A stretch of 64,000 bases of DNA, from assembly GCA_040954595.2 (NCBI GenBank), contig CM082594.2:4077319-4141318 (forward strand), given 5' to 3'. Made by a program: the position numbers and the translations under genes. Shown here in pieces: positions 23,763 through 37,335 of the stretch (within the stretch, counting starts at the first letter, position 1; each line of letters starts with the position of its first letter). This DNA is from Balanoglossus misakiensis. Lineage: Eukaryota; Animalia; Hemichordata. The notes below the pieces were generated by a model. That model saw nothing but the letters and a program-made list of their open reading frames with translations, ran no database searches and was not told the DNA's origin.

Positions 23763-26700
23763 TTTGAGAGATTCCTCGATATGCAAATTACCTGCAATGG
23801 AAATTGATCGAGTGAATGATTTAGTTGTAGTCGACATATGATGACTGTCAACAAAATGAAAATATCAGTTGTATTGCGTGTATGTGGATATGGATGTCTT
23901 TGTCGATATTTTCTCATGACGAGGTATGATGTCCAATATAGTAAGCTAGGAGTCCGTCTGTCATAATCAGCAAAATTTAACTGGTCAAAGAAACACAATA
24001 CAAAGCCACCATATCTTACAAAATAAGACCCACTTCCTCGAGAGTCAATGTGACCAAGTGAAATCCGTGCAATTAGGGGCCTACTGCATGGACAACTTGA
24101 ATTTTCGAATCTTAGTCCACTGCATAGCGGAATTCTGTACTGGACTGACAGTGGTTTTCGTGTATTTTGTGTGTAGTTGTTGAAATACTGAACAGCGGCG
24201 CGTCTGTGAGATTCGCAATGGCCCATTCCTACATGATGTGTTTCGCGAATGCGCGCATTGTGAGGAAGGCCACGTGTTGTACTTAGTAGAAAAAATGTCG
24301 TCCCATAAATAAAGGGGAAAGTACGCCTCACACAGATCACCAGATTGTTTCGTCAGATAGGAGTGTTGTATATATAAAAGGTCAAGCTTGACTGAGTACA
24401 TGACACAGTATATTCTCGATGGTTAAAAGTTATCGACACGTTAGCCCTCTTTTGGCCTACGTCTCCCCGCGAGTCACCAACTTTGAAATGATAACGGATT
24501 CACTCGATAAGGAAGGGGTCTGGGAGATGCCGTATGTTTGATGTTACCCCGAGTCGTGATATGAGAGGGAAAGCGCATTAGGCGCGTCAAATAGTGCGTG
24601 AAGCCAAATGTCAACAACAAAGATGACAGGGTCCCCATGCATTAAATGATTGCATCTCTTGTTCGAGTACGAAAACGTACACGCGCCAGTCATATTACAC
24701 ACAGTTGATGGTGGGACAAATCAATGAAGGATATGGTTCATTTGCAAAGGGGTGGTATGGCAACATTTCAGCTATTCGAAGCTTCGCTGTGCTTTGCCAG
24801 TTCAAACTCTATAGCAAATGCTCCATCTGTAACTAAGAACCTTCAATTCCCGTAGCAAAGGTGCCAATGCACTAAAACAATATGTTGTGCTCTTTCACAT
24901 ATCGTAATGCAGCATGCGTACATTACGATACATGTCATATTCCTATATTACATATGGTTTCAATTTTGATGCGTACTATAAGGCAAACTGCAAGCTGCCT
25001 GTATTCTTGCTCGATGGCAGGCTGTTTGCATGGCAAGGGATTTCACAAATTCATTGTCTCATTTGAATCGACGTAAAATTATACGTGCTACAGAATAAGA
25101 GACGCGATGTAAGAAAACAAATATCATGATGTTTGAATGTGCTGGCGCCCCGCTTTTTCGTCAACCCAGCTTCGAGAAAACCACTTAAGAAATCTCAATT
25201 TCTTGTTTTGATAGTGCATTGGTGTGATGCACGGTACAAGGTGAAAAAATAAGTTTCTGTTATTTGTCGTATGTCTTCTGATGGTGTGAAATTCACAACT
25301 TTAGCCCGTGTCGAGGAAAAGAATCTGATACACGGACCGAAATGTCGCGATAGCTGAAGATACGGACAAATGGCCCGGTTCGGTATTTTCTCTTAAGTGT
25401 TCCGCTTGACAGATGTCAGATAGTGATCTGCGATAAAATGACGTCAAGACGCGGAGAGGAGAGCAGAGAGGGGGACCTGGTGAATTCCTGTCGGATTGTG
25501 GTAGAAGGTTGAAAGGTCGCTGCTGCGGAGTGTTTAATGTTTCAGGGTTCAGGCACTGTTGCCAGTCACCATGCAAGCACCCCTCCGGGTCAATTCCCAT
25601 GACACGTTATATTTTGCTCTGTAAACACGGGTCTTTGGATTTCTCTAGAAACCCGTGAGTTGCTTTGAAGGCAGCCGGCTGGTGATACGTGCCCATGGAA
25701 ACGCGTCTCTCCGGACAACGCGACGAACACCTCCCGAAGTATGGCGTGTTCGTGCGCCCAAGAAAGAATCCCGGAGACGCAACGCGCAGATAGCACCCAA
25801 CCAGAAAATAGTCTTATTCCGCCAGACAATTCTCTTGCCCAGAAAAAAACACATTTGGCAAAATTCATCTGTAGAGCGACTTATTCCATGCGTCCGTTAT
25901 TTCTGTTTGTTGGTGCAACTTTTGAAAGCTGTAGACAAAGCAATTGACGCCGTACTACAGCAAAACATCGTACAGATATACTGTACCAACCGTGAATGAT
26001 TGAAAGCATGAATACTTGGCAAATAATTGTCAATTTGATTATTCTGAAAAGAAAATGTTGAGCAACACGTTTGTTAATTCGTAGTCTTTCAAAACTCAAA
26101 TCATGGAAGAAGCTGCACAGTAAGACGCGTTTTGATTGGAGAACCAGGTGGCTGGAAATATTTTGATTGGACAAATGGACGGCCTGTGACAGTTCGAAGG
26201 GAGTAGCTCGCTTATAGCTTTTTGAGATGTTCGCAACATGCATGAGGTACCTGCGAAAGACAAGATCACAAATGTTTTACCAGGGTATGTGTGTGTGTGG
26301 GGGGGGGGGGGGGGTTAATGGGCTCAGCTCTGCTTCGCATGTAAACCGTTCGCTTTGCAATGATGGGAACACAGACCAGTCACCTGTATTTCTGGATAAC
26401 CCCCGCTCAGTAGTACGTGGTCACTGAACTCACGATTACAGTCCACAGTTGTTAAATTACTTCGCCAGTGGCAACAAACTTTTATATTAAAACGAGCCAA
26501 ATGTTTACTAGAACTGTATTTTGTACTGGCTTATTAAGCGGCCTATGTGTTTGCGAAATAGTACCATGCTGTCAGCATGGTACGTTTTGCTCACCGGGGT
26601 ATGCCAAGCGCCGTCAAATTCTTCATGGCTGCCCCCTCCGAGGTACAATTTGTGTAAATATTTTATAAGTGGTCACTCTCATGCCGGCAAACTCAATTAC

Positions 26701-29700
26701 TTTCCCTGCTACACGACACAGTGCAGTTTGCGAATGCGTAGTTTACCAGACACTTTCTGTCGTTTCATCAGTACACCCTATAGGAGGATTGTTAGAGCCA
26801 GACGACAAAATGTGAAGCCTTGCCCCGCAGCGGCGCGCCTTTTTTCTTACGCAGAACATCGTCTAACTTTACCGCGCATACCTCTAAATTACATGTTTTT
26901 ATAAATGTCAGCTGTGTCGGTGTTGACACGTCCGCCCCCTTAAGTGACCCCTCGGTGCGTAAAAGATTGAGCCAAATCGAAATTATGACCGTTATCCCGA
27001 AAGCCTGCACTGGCTGGGTTAACCGCTTCACTTAACCGATGAACTGAGACTGCGCATATTTTAGAGACCGCTGAAGGTCGGATACGCTGAAGGTTGAATC
27101 ATCAATGGTTACTTTCACTTTAAATGTACGCAGTCATCTATGCAAATTTGGCCACCGTTGCTACGGAAAGTTGAAATCCAGCCAATCACACTTATTTTTT
27201 TATTTTCTGTGTATTTGTCATCATTTGGTAGAACTGTATGTTCTCACGAATAAACCGAACGAGATAAAGACAATTTTCTAAACCGTATACATTCGTGGAC
27301 GCGTTCCCTGAAATTTTAACAAGTGTGATAATTTTTCGTAAGCAGCTGATGTTTTTACGCGACAAGTGATCGTAATTTGTTCCAGTTTATTGGTAATTTA
27401 TGCATAAATTACGTGGTAATTACTTCAGTTTGTGGCTCACATTGCAAATTACAGAAATTGAGACCAATCCTGAAGCCACGGTTAGTAAGATCTCCGTTTT
27501 ACGTCCACCAAAAAAATATTGGGATATGCGCATGTGTAAACGCTTGAAAAACGCATGCGCATAGAAAATGTACATTTGAACTGCACGGTAGCACCAAGTT
27601 GCGGGAAACGGAAGTACGCAATGGATGACCGGACCCAGGGGAAATATATCTGGAGGGTAATTTTTTGTGTTAACGCATCGTCTAACATTTTAAGTGGGCT
27701 GCTATAAACAAATAAAACTGTCCCATTCTGAAAGCCGTAACCTGGTTTGCGACAAAATATCGCCAAGAGCAAAAACTTTTACAGGAAAAGGATCACGTCG
27801 CGTTCGTTCGTTCACAGGTTTTACCCGGAAACTCTACGCATGCGGACGTAAATCAAAGAATTAACTTACTTTGGCCACGGGCCACGGCCCAATCATTTTC
27901 CCTTCACAGCTATTTGGAAACTGACCGAGCTGTAAATTAGATTTGAGTTAAAAGTCATATTCCACATAAAGTACTTACATGTTATGTCTGTTGGGAGTCT
28001 GAGTGGACTCCTTGCTTGAAATACAGAAATACCATTCTCAGAAATCAAACTGGCAACGCCCTTTTGTTCACTAATCAACTTATTTTTTTTTCTCGATAAC
28101 ACAAATATTTCGTTTTCTCGTCATGCATATGACAATCACATATGTCAGTTGAAAAATGGAAATATCAGAGTAAGGACATGAATTTGGGAAAATATAAAAA
28201 CGAATTTAGCGCTTTCATACTTCGATAATTTTATCATAGATGCGGGGTTTTTTTAAGGCTCTGTAATTTTATCGATTTTCAGATCTAGTGTTGGACAACA
28301 TATAAGGATTTTAAATAATCATGACTTTGGAGTGCGTACAGCAATGGTCGACCGACAAGTAAGTTTTTTTTCCCCTTATTTATATTCTTATGTCAGTCCT
28401 GTATATAAACATGGATACAATTTTATACAGAGGCACTCGGCAATTTCGTGTTGCGTTACACCATTGAACTTGGTTTTGTTTATAGCGTTCTCACCAAAGT
28501 TCGGTCAGAATCCCTAGTCAATGCTTTCTGTGGTGTTTTAATTAACCTTTGCGACATCTAAAGTGATTCGCGTGACCTTCAAAAGAAAGGTCAACACTTT
28601 AACCCAAACAAACGAAACCATATGAACTCAGACAAGGCCACCCCAGAATAAACAAAGTACAACAGTCAGAAAGTTTGACTATCACATTCCAAGTTTGGCC
28701 TCTTTTTTGACTTGGGTAGTAGTTCTGTGTCCAGCTAACATTATGGGAAAATGTTTGTGATTTTGTTAGTTTCAAAGAGTGTATTTCTCAAGTCTTTAAA
28801 TTTAAAACTGAAAAGTACCCATGCATACCGTACTGTACTATACTGTACTGCAAGTGTAATGTAATGCACTATAATGTCCTGTGATACCGTTAAAAGCAGA
28901 ACACAGAGGTAATTAACGCCGCGCCTGCAGAAAATTTTCATCGGAACCATTCATAAACGGCAGGAAATGACACATTGTGACAATCATTTAGTTGAATTAA
29001 GGCATTGTCCACACACAAAAAACAGCAATAGCAACTTACAGGTTTTGTCTGAAAGGGGCAATTATGCCTTTGAAACTTAAAGTAAGGTGGTTTGTTGAAA
29101 TGTCTATAGTCAAAATACCTCTATTACGCGGTTGCAGTGAAAACTAACCTAATTTACAGCCAATGCTAAGTGTTTCCTTTTCGCCATAAACGAACACTTT
29201 GGTTAATTGTGAATAACTACAATGATTCAGTCATTCCGACGAAAGGAGGGGGAAATGCAGAGTTACAAACGCGCTTTGTGTTCTCAATTCTCGTATTTTT
29301 CTGCCTCTTTTCACCGAATTATGTCAGTCATCTCAGAGCGTGCAATACTACTCACGGAGGAGGTAGTTGGTGATAATTTATTCAAATACACTAACATTCC
29401 GAATGTGAATTTCCTTGAGTAACCTGAAAAATGCGCCTTGCCCTTGCACCAAATGCAGGGACACGATGAAATTAACTGCGGGGAGGGGGGGGGGGCACTA
29501 ATTTCACCTAAAATGAGTTTTTGTTTGAAAATGGATACAATTTAACTAAAATAAGTTTTTTTGCATGCGATGACCTGGTTTTGTGCAGTAATTCTTTGTG
29601 CATGTATATCATGTATATGCGTGATCACACCTCACTCGAATAATAGAAATTCTGAAGTTGGATCTTCCATACGCGTTGCCCTATAATCAAATTAGTATGG

Positions 29701-32700
29701 TCTTGTTGTAGACGGATATTCAGACATCTAAAGCTTGGTAATCACTCACACTGCGGTGTGGCGGAGGAACTCAATGATTTCGAAACCGTACCACTAATTT
29801 CTTGAATTAAACACGCATTTGTTTAGGTTGCTAGGTTTTCTTTTGAAGATAAGATAAACTATCTTATGCATAATAATGCAATTTCGCACAAGCAACAACA
29901 AAAACATCGCCCGCCTCTTAATCTGGGGCGCTTGTGTTTCATCGAATGACCGTGATCTGGGGAAATGATTGAGCTTAGCCTACCTGTGGATTCACGCTCG
30001 CAGCCTGCAGGCACTCGTTACGTCGTCGTCCATCATATTGACTGAATGTTGCACGTTATGCCTTCGAATGTTCACGGCAATATCCCGAGAAAGTGTTACT
30101 GTGACCGATGTAAACAAGTTATTTGGTAGACACACTGCGAGAAGCGTGCAGAGCTGAGCTACAATTCATAGTTCGCGTTCGACGAATTGGGATATGCAAA
30201 TGAGCGCATGGATTTTTTAAATATAAATTTGCATAACAGGGGCCTGGTTCCTGTTTCGCGTACGCACGTCCACGCATCCTGCCCTGAATTGAAATGCACA
30301 GTTCTCGTAAAGTAGCCCTGATTCTCTGATTTGCCCAGGGACATATCTATATGCAAACGATGATTTCAAATTCACCAATATTCGAGAATGTAAAGTGACC
30401 CCAATCTCTCGTTATCGCGCAAAACCTCTGATGCAAAATAAGACAATTTTAAACGAGCGCAATTGCATACAAATCCGTCGAAAATTGGAATGCAATTTCT
30501 CTCGGTAGAGAGCAATTCTCCATTTTTTTGGTACTGACTAAAAAATTAACGATGAAAGGATTTTCCCGTCATGTCAGTATACGGGGTGTGAAGTCATCTC
30601 TGACAACTGGTCATTTGGCATGTTTCAGTCTCTCAAAAGAAACTAAAAAAAGGCCTACCAAAATAATGCCCAAAGTTGACGACTTTGCCTCTTTAAAGTA
30701 TGTTGTTCCCCACGACCAACGTTCAGTGACAACTGTATCTTTAAGATTGAATCATCTTCCGGACCAATTCATTCCGGCCTTCCCTCGACACTACGGGTTA
30801 ACATTCATGTTCATATATACTCGGGTTCTAAATCTATCCACTTTTTTGAACATTACTCTTTTCGTACCAGTGAACGACAGGACAGCTGTTCCTCGAATTA
30901 GAGCGGGTTAATTGTCGCTGGGAGGTCAATAAAAACGCTTCGGGTGAGTCGAATAATTCTCTTCTCACTGGTGACCGACCTCTGCTGGGGTCGAGTAGGC
31001 AAATATTTCACTGTCCTCATTTTCACAGTCCACATTTATATACGTTAAAGGCCGACGATCGTCTTATGCGCATGTGCATAATTTCGTGTCCGCAAACATT
31101 GTCAAATCCAAATGTTCTGCAATTTTTTCTTCGCCGCATTAAAATAACGGACTGCCTTCGCCTCTTTCCATATTTCATGCGCTCAGTATTATTAGAGTTT
31201 AGTTTTGTCCCTTCTTTTCACCCAATTTTCTGTCTTTTCTCGAACTCTGACATAGACTATGGTCGCCGCCATCCTGTATGTTGCTAGGGCAGCACACTGC
31301 CTTATAACATTGCCTTATATAATTTTGTAACCAGAGACTCTGGTGTGAATTCCCACGTGAAAAAAGCTTTACCCCTCTCTGAAAACACGTTAATCGCCAA
31401 AACTGGAAAGTGAAATTTCAGAGGCGCTTTGCAAAAAGAGCAATTTCGTCCAAGTTTCGTCAACTGGTGTGAATTCACACAACCCCTTCGCACGGTGCTT
31501 GCACAAGTGTTGAGAAATCGGACATGACTGACTCACTTCAAAGGTCACTAGGTCTCAAGACCCGTAAATTCATCAGACAAAGACTGTTTATAAATCTTCA
31601 GTGGCTGAGAGTAGTTACTGCAAGAGTGGGCACTTGTTCCCGCCAACATCCAAGATAAACATGTCAAAAACTCATACATTTTGTATTCATAATCTTTTGA
31701 CGTAATTGTGTATTTCTTTGAGTAACCGTCGCTGCTCGGATCAGGCGTTGACCCGATATCTTGGTAAAACCGGAGAGTGATCGGGCGGGAAAATATTTTG
31801 ACGACTAATAATCACAAGCAAAGATTATCAACAGGTGCGGTATCGAACCGTTAAAGGCAAGACGTACTTGAAAAACTCTCCAGACCTATACACAGACGAC
31901 GTGACGCTTTTCTTCGGTCGCGTGGAAGGCTTGTTTAACTGCCGCAGTGCTTTTCAAAAACCATTAAAGCTCTTTATAAATCGTCCTTTGGTTAACGCGG
32001 AACAGGCATTTTTTTCATGAAATGTGATTTCCAGTGATTCGCAGATGTCATTGAGGTACGTGCCTCGAATGCACAAGTTAGATTGCTCGTTAAATCTTTA
32101 CTGCATTCGTGGCAATAACCTTTTATGCCATGGCCGTTGACAATTCAGATATCCTGTTTCGCGGAGTATCCCCGCCCTCCCCTGTCTCTTAATCAATGCC
32201 ATATTCCGTGGTGGCAAGTACATGCGATTTACTCCGTTTTGATTTTTGTTATATATTAGTCAGAATTGGGTAGTACCACCTGGTCAGTGGTCTAAAGAGA
32301 GTCCCTGGTTCCATTTTTGGTAGTTACACAGAGTATCGTATTTAAAGTAAGAGTCGTACGCGTTTAAGATGTGGATTTTTACCACAGTCTATATAGTATA
32401 GTAGTCCATAACCTAGACGTCGAATATCAGGGCCCTCGCTATATCCTACTACGCGGAAGAAAGCGAGATAGAAAAGTACAGCAAATGGCACTCAAGTACC
32501 ATACAGTGAAGCAGCAAACTCGGAGAGGCTTTGTGAAGTCAAATGCCCGCAGTGTGTTTGAACTTTCGAAGGCATTTGTAACAAAACGGCCTTTATTGTG
32601 CTGTCCCTGTAAGGCCGTATTAAACCGATGGACACTTGGGGACGCCACTTCGACTAAAGTGCTTTTGTCATCCGGGGCCAGGCAATATGTGCTCGTCCGT

Positions 32701-35455
32701 TCCGCATCGAATCGCGTACATTTGATACGACACGGCTGTAAATCGTATGACACGCTTCGTCCAATTGAATCTCTACGCTACAATAACACCTCTCAGCTTC
32801 CGCCTGCGTTTTCCATGACAGAATCTTCACGCTTTGTAGTAAACGACTGAAAAGTTCGCTCGGGGCGGGAGGGGGGGGGGGTATCCATACCGATGCTTTC
32901 TCTCCAATGAAGGGCCTAAACGAATCATATTGCAGGGGGCTTAATATGCAATACATGCCTTAAGTACTACAGAAAACTAACTCCTATATTTTTGACATTT
33001 AAATACAGACCCCCCGAAAAAACACCCGACCTGTCCCTTTAAAGCCAAGACGCGTAAAAGCGGATTGATTAATGAATGAATGAATGAATTAATTATTCTT
33101 CAGTTATCACCAGAAAGTACTGGAGGAAGTGCATTAGCTTTGATGCCACACGGGAGCGTTTCTGTTCGGCACAAATAATTGATTGGTGGAGATTTTCGCC
33201 CCATATTGACCATTCAAACATATACATGTACACTGGACTCTAGATCTTTTTTGTAGATTTGATAAATGCTCGTCGTACTTGATCACTTGCTTTTGTTTTG
33301 ATTTGATTACTTTTTGTTGATTGTTTTTGGATGTCGGTCGGTGTTTTGTCATCTTTGACTGGCGCGGATTCCTGCAGCCCCACTCAATGTTTACGACGAG
33401 CCACGTGACAGTTAACGGTCCCCTCTTTGTGACAGAAATCAAAAGACCGCAGAAAAAAACATGCGTTCTGGTGTTTGACGATGTTTTGAAGTTAATAAAG
33501 ACGTGCCAACCGCTGTCTGCGCAGAAATAAAGCTGGACAGCGGTTCACACGCTCCGCAGAGAAAACGCGAGGTCATCCGTCACAGCCAGGGGGTCGGTCC
33601 TCTCCATAGAATGTCTGCCGGGACACCGCCATGAATCGTCGCCGGTTGCCACAGCAATGACACGGGGCCCATTCACACGACAGGTTTTTTTTTGTGTCCG
33701 ATGAAACTGTGTAATGTTTATTTCGCTCACAACACTGTGCTGAATGTGTCAACCCGGGCAGTCTGGGGCAAGATAAAAAACGTTTTCCGGTCCTCACGTG
33801 ACCCCGTGACCGAGATGCATTCTCTTTGGGGAACTTTTTCGCACATCATTACTTGGCTCAAAACCGGACCACTCACCGTCGACAAGTTAAAAAACCTACA
33901 GCTAGGCGATTTTCTTTGTGATTTTCACCAAATGGGCATAAAATTTCTGTAACCACCTCTGTGTTAAATGCACTTTTAAGTGTCTTTTTTCTTATCAGCA
34001 ATCGTCGAAATTTGCATAATTGGAGACATTTTGGGTTTCAGATACGCTCCACTTACTACTGCCCGCAAGAACTAAATTGTGCCCCCCCCCCAAGAAATCC
34101 TTAAATGCCGGCCTGAAGTCGATTTTTTAAGTAGCTAACCGGAAAGCGGGTTCGCAGCTCTCAAACTGGTCTGAAGAAAGATCTTAAAATTTCTGTATGT
34201 GATTAACCCAGTACTATTGTTTCATATTGCCATTGTTTTATAAGAAATGCTAGTATAGAATCTAGCAGCTGCTTTTTGTCCAAAATAATGATGTGTTCAA
34301 GGTACATGTATATACATTATAAGTATCATGGTGTTATTTTATTTCTCAGTCAGTGATTTTTATGGAGTGGCCGCGCTTCTTGCGTTGTGCCATCCGCGGG
34401 TTGATATCAACAGAGAACGTTCGAGTCCCGCCTGTTGATTCGGGATGGAACTTTGTGTGTGCACATCAATGAATCGCTGTCGCTCTTTCTGTCGCCGTGC
34501 AAAGTCGTGACTTACAACGCGAAAAGCTCACCCGCCGCCGTCGAAGACATCATAGCCAGATGCATAGATGTAAGATGGACGCTCACTGCGAAACACTCAT
34601 GCGGCGAAAGTGGGTTTGGTACGCTTTCTTGAGGGCAGAGCATGTTTAGAAACGCAATCAAACGCTAACCTTGTTGGGTCGTTATAGCAATGCCTAGCAG
34701 TGTGTAAGTAACTTTGAATTGAGTCAATGTGTACTCACCCGGTCTACCGTATAGACTGTACTGCAATCCGGTCGCACGGAGAGTTTCAGAGTTTTGGCCA
34801 GATCTGTTCGTGCCACTGACGACAAAATCATTTAAGCGGGAGGATTTTCGCCACTCTCGAACTTTCACACCGCGTTCGCCAATGGACGTGAAAGGCCACG
34901 CATCACCCGATGCTCTGAAACAGGCCAGCCAGCTCGGATGCGATTACACTCGAAAACGAGGTCCCTAAAAAGAGAAATGTTCACACACGGTCCATTAACA
35001 TACAATTGCTAAACCAACATCGACAGGGGAGAGAAGTGGGTGTCGACAGTGAAGGGAAGAGCAGCAAGCGTATATAATGCTGTTTTTTTTATTCGCGAGT
35101 CACAAATGTACCGGGCTCAGTTGAATTTTATAGTCTTTAAAAGGATAGCTGCTTCGCATTTTGAGCATTTTTCTTTCCTTCACAGTATCCCGTCGACGTC
35201 TACATTTACTTCCGCTGTCTTGAAATTATGTCCTCCCAAGCTGTGGCAACGTTGACGCATCTGTCGAAGTAGGGCACAAAGTTGGGTAAATTCAAATTCC
35301 AACTGCATTCTGCTAATGTTCACGCATCTACTGTTTTTCTCATAAAAAAAGACAAACTTTTACTTTCGCGATTGTTTGTGAATGCGCAAAGATCCCCTAG
35401 TTATGTATTGCGTTGGGTGATCGATGTTGCAATATTCGTGATACACGAGATGTAA

Positions 35456-35608
35456 GGGAGCTTTCATTAATAACGAAAGGGGGAGGGCCGGAATTGTCGG
35501 GGTGGGGGGGATATCACATCTTACTAACAACGACTACGGGAGGGTCACATTTTAGATGAACGACCGACCCAAATTTCTTCTGGCCCCTCATAATAAATGA
35601 AAGCTCCC
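35456..35608. mobile_element. PIF/Harbinger (Tourist-like) MITE, 153 bp
   Basis: TAA-GGGAGCTTTCATT ... AATGAAAGCTCCC-TAA; perfect 13-bp TIR and TAA target duplication. Confidence 0.8.
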
Positions 35609-37335
35609 TAATCTTACAATATACCGTGTTGTCACACGCATCATTTGGTAGGGACTGAACGGAACCATCCAGCCGAGGGGGTTCCGGCTGTTTGTTAGAC
35701 AGGGTGCGGTGAAGTTTCTGTGAGTATTGAGGCCGCAGACTGAAACCTGCCCTTCTGCGAGGTCAAATGTCGAGAAGCCCGCTTGGAAGTAGTAGGCGTA
35801 ACTCCGCACTGCGGGTCTCGCAGATCACGGGTTGTGGCCTGCGCATGCGTCAACATCTATGCCATAAGGAAGATTTCAGTTGTTTTGGATGAAGTGGGCA
35901 TGAAAATGTGACCGCCTGTGGCGCTTTGCAAAAATGCCACTCTCCATGTGCACCAATGATAAAAACAAAGTAAACGAGCATGACGGCCAATTGTGAATTT
36001 ACTTTGTTTGTTTTTTACCAGTGTTTACGGTAACTTGGAGAAATCGTCGAAACTATTATCCGGGCCTCGGACCTGCGTAGTATTACTTGCACCAATCAGG
36101 GAGTGGGTTGTTTTGCGGGACTGGTGCAGCTCCGCATTAGAGAAGTTGATTGGCCGATTGCCTGGTACAAGTTCAGTGGCACGCCATGCAAATACATTGT
36201 AGTGACTTGGTCTCACTCACACTAGTTTGCTTGGGGTGCCACACCACAAAATAATTTGCATAAATGTGCGGTTGTGAGCTATAACATCGCATGACAACAC
36301 TGGCAAGTGCACTGCTGGAATCTGATTGGTTGATAGTAACAGTAGATTTTTTGTTAAAGACTCCCACCCTTTAATTTATTACGCATAAGCAGAATAAAAT
36401 GACTGCCGATTTACCAAGTTCAAGTCAAACTGCTGGTCGGGAACAGCTGATGAGAATAGCCCCCTCTGGAGTAACTGGCATATGTGCCGTCATGTATCAA
36501 ATTGGTCGGAAATGCTAAGTTGTGAACTCTAAATGACTATTGATACGTAGCCGATAATGTCGCTGTACAAATGACGTACAGAGAGTAAAAAATACCCCTC
36601 ATGCACTTCCAGACAAAATGTGGGCGAGAGTATAGAATGTAGTCTGACACCTCTCGAAACCTACGTATATCTGATTGCAGTGCGGTCAACCTTCCCACAC
36701 AGACCCCGTTTTATTTGGGGTTATCATTGTTACTCACTTTACGGTCATATTTCGTCTGATCAAGTTTTGTTCCACAACTCTGTTGCAGCATAATAAGCCT
36801 TATATAAAAAGGACAATGTTCTCATGTTTCACCGACAAATTCAGAAAACTAGTACTTTGGTAGATTTAAGTCCATCATGGACCCTGGATAGAGGTCTATG
36901 AGCCTTGAATAGTTCTGCGTCTAAGGTTCGTAAATACAGTTGCCATGGAAATGGAAAAAAGAGGAAGCTTGACTTATAATGCATTGTGTGACATCTCCTT
37001 ATCACGTCATCTTCTCGTGACTTTCACTTTTTATAATCATTATTCGCATACTACATGTTCCCATGTTCCTTTGACCTTATTTCCGCTGAAAAGTTACTAT
37101 AATTAGACTCAGTTTGGTGAGTCATGCAAAACTTCTGACGGGCGGTGTCATTTTCTGTTTCGTCGGCAAACAGGGAGGGACGACCGTCATCATTACGAGG
37201 TTTTCGGCCGTCGTTACAGAACAAGTGTATGCTTTTGAGTGCCTCCTGCTTGATCTCGTCTTAATACCTTCTTCAGTTTTTGGTCAGGCGCGTTAGACTC
37301 GAGTATCGGCCCCTAAACTAACGATACTACGAACA

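Noticed and set aside
23759-24340. 193-aa minus-strand ORF upstream of SLC1A
   Set aside because: No recognisable domain, non-coding-like composition, and not in frame with the SLC1A exon.
25301-26243. Cluster of overlapping ORFs; SGGV word faintly like a LINE endonuclease
   Set aside because: No other endonuclease or RT motifs could be found; unsupported without a homology search.
32275-32315. tRNA/SINE A-box-like word (TGGTCAGTGG)
   Set aside because: No convincing B-box or cloverleaf follows.
32371-32850. 159-aa ORF
   Set aside because: GTG start, no domain signature or splice context.
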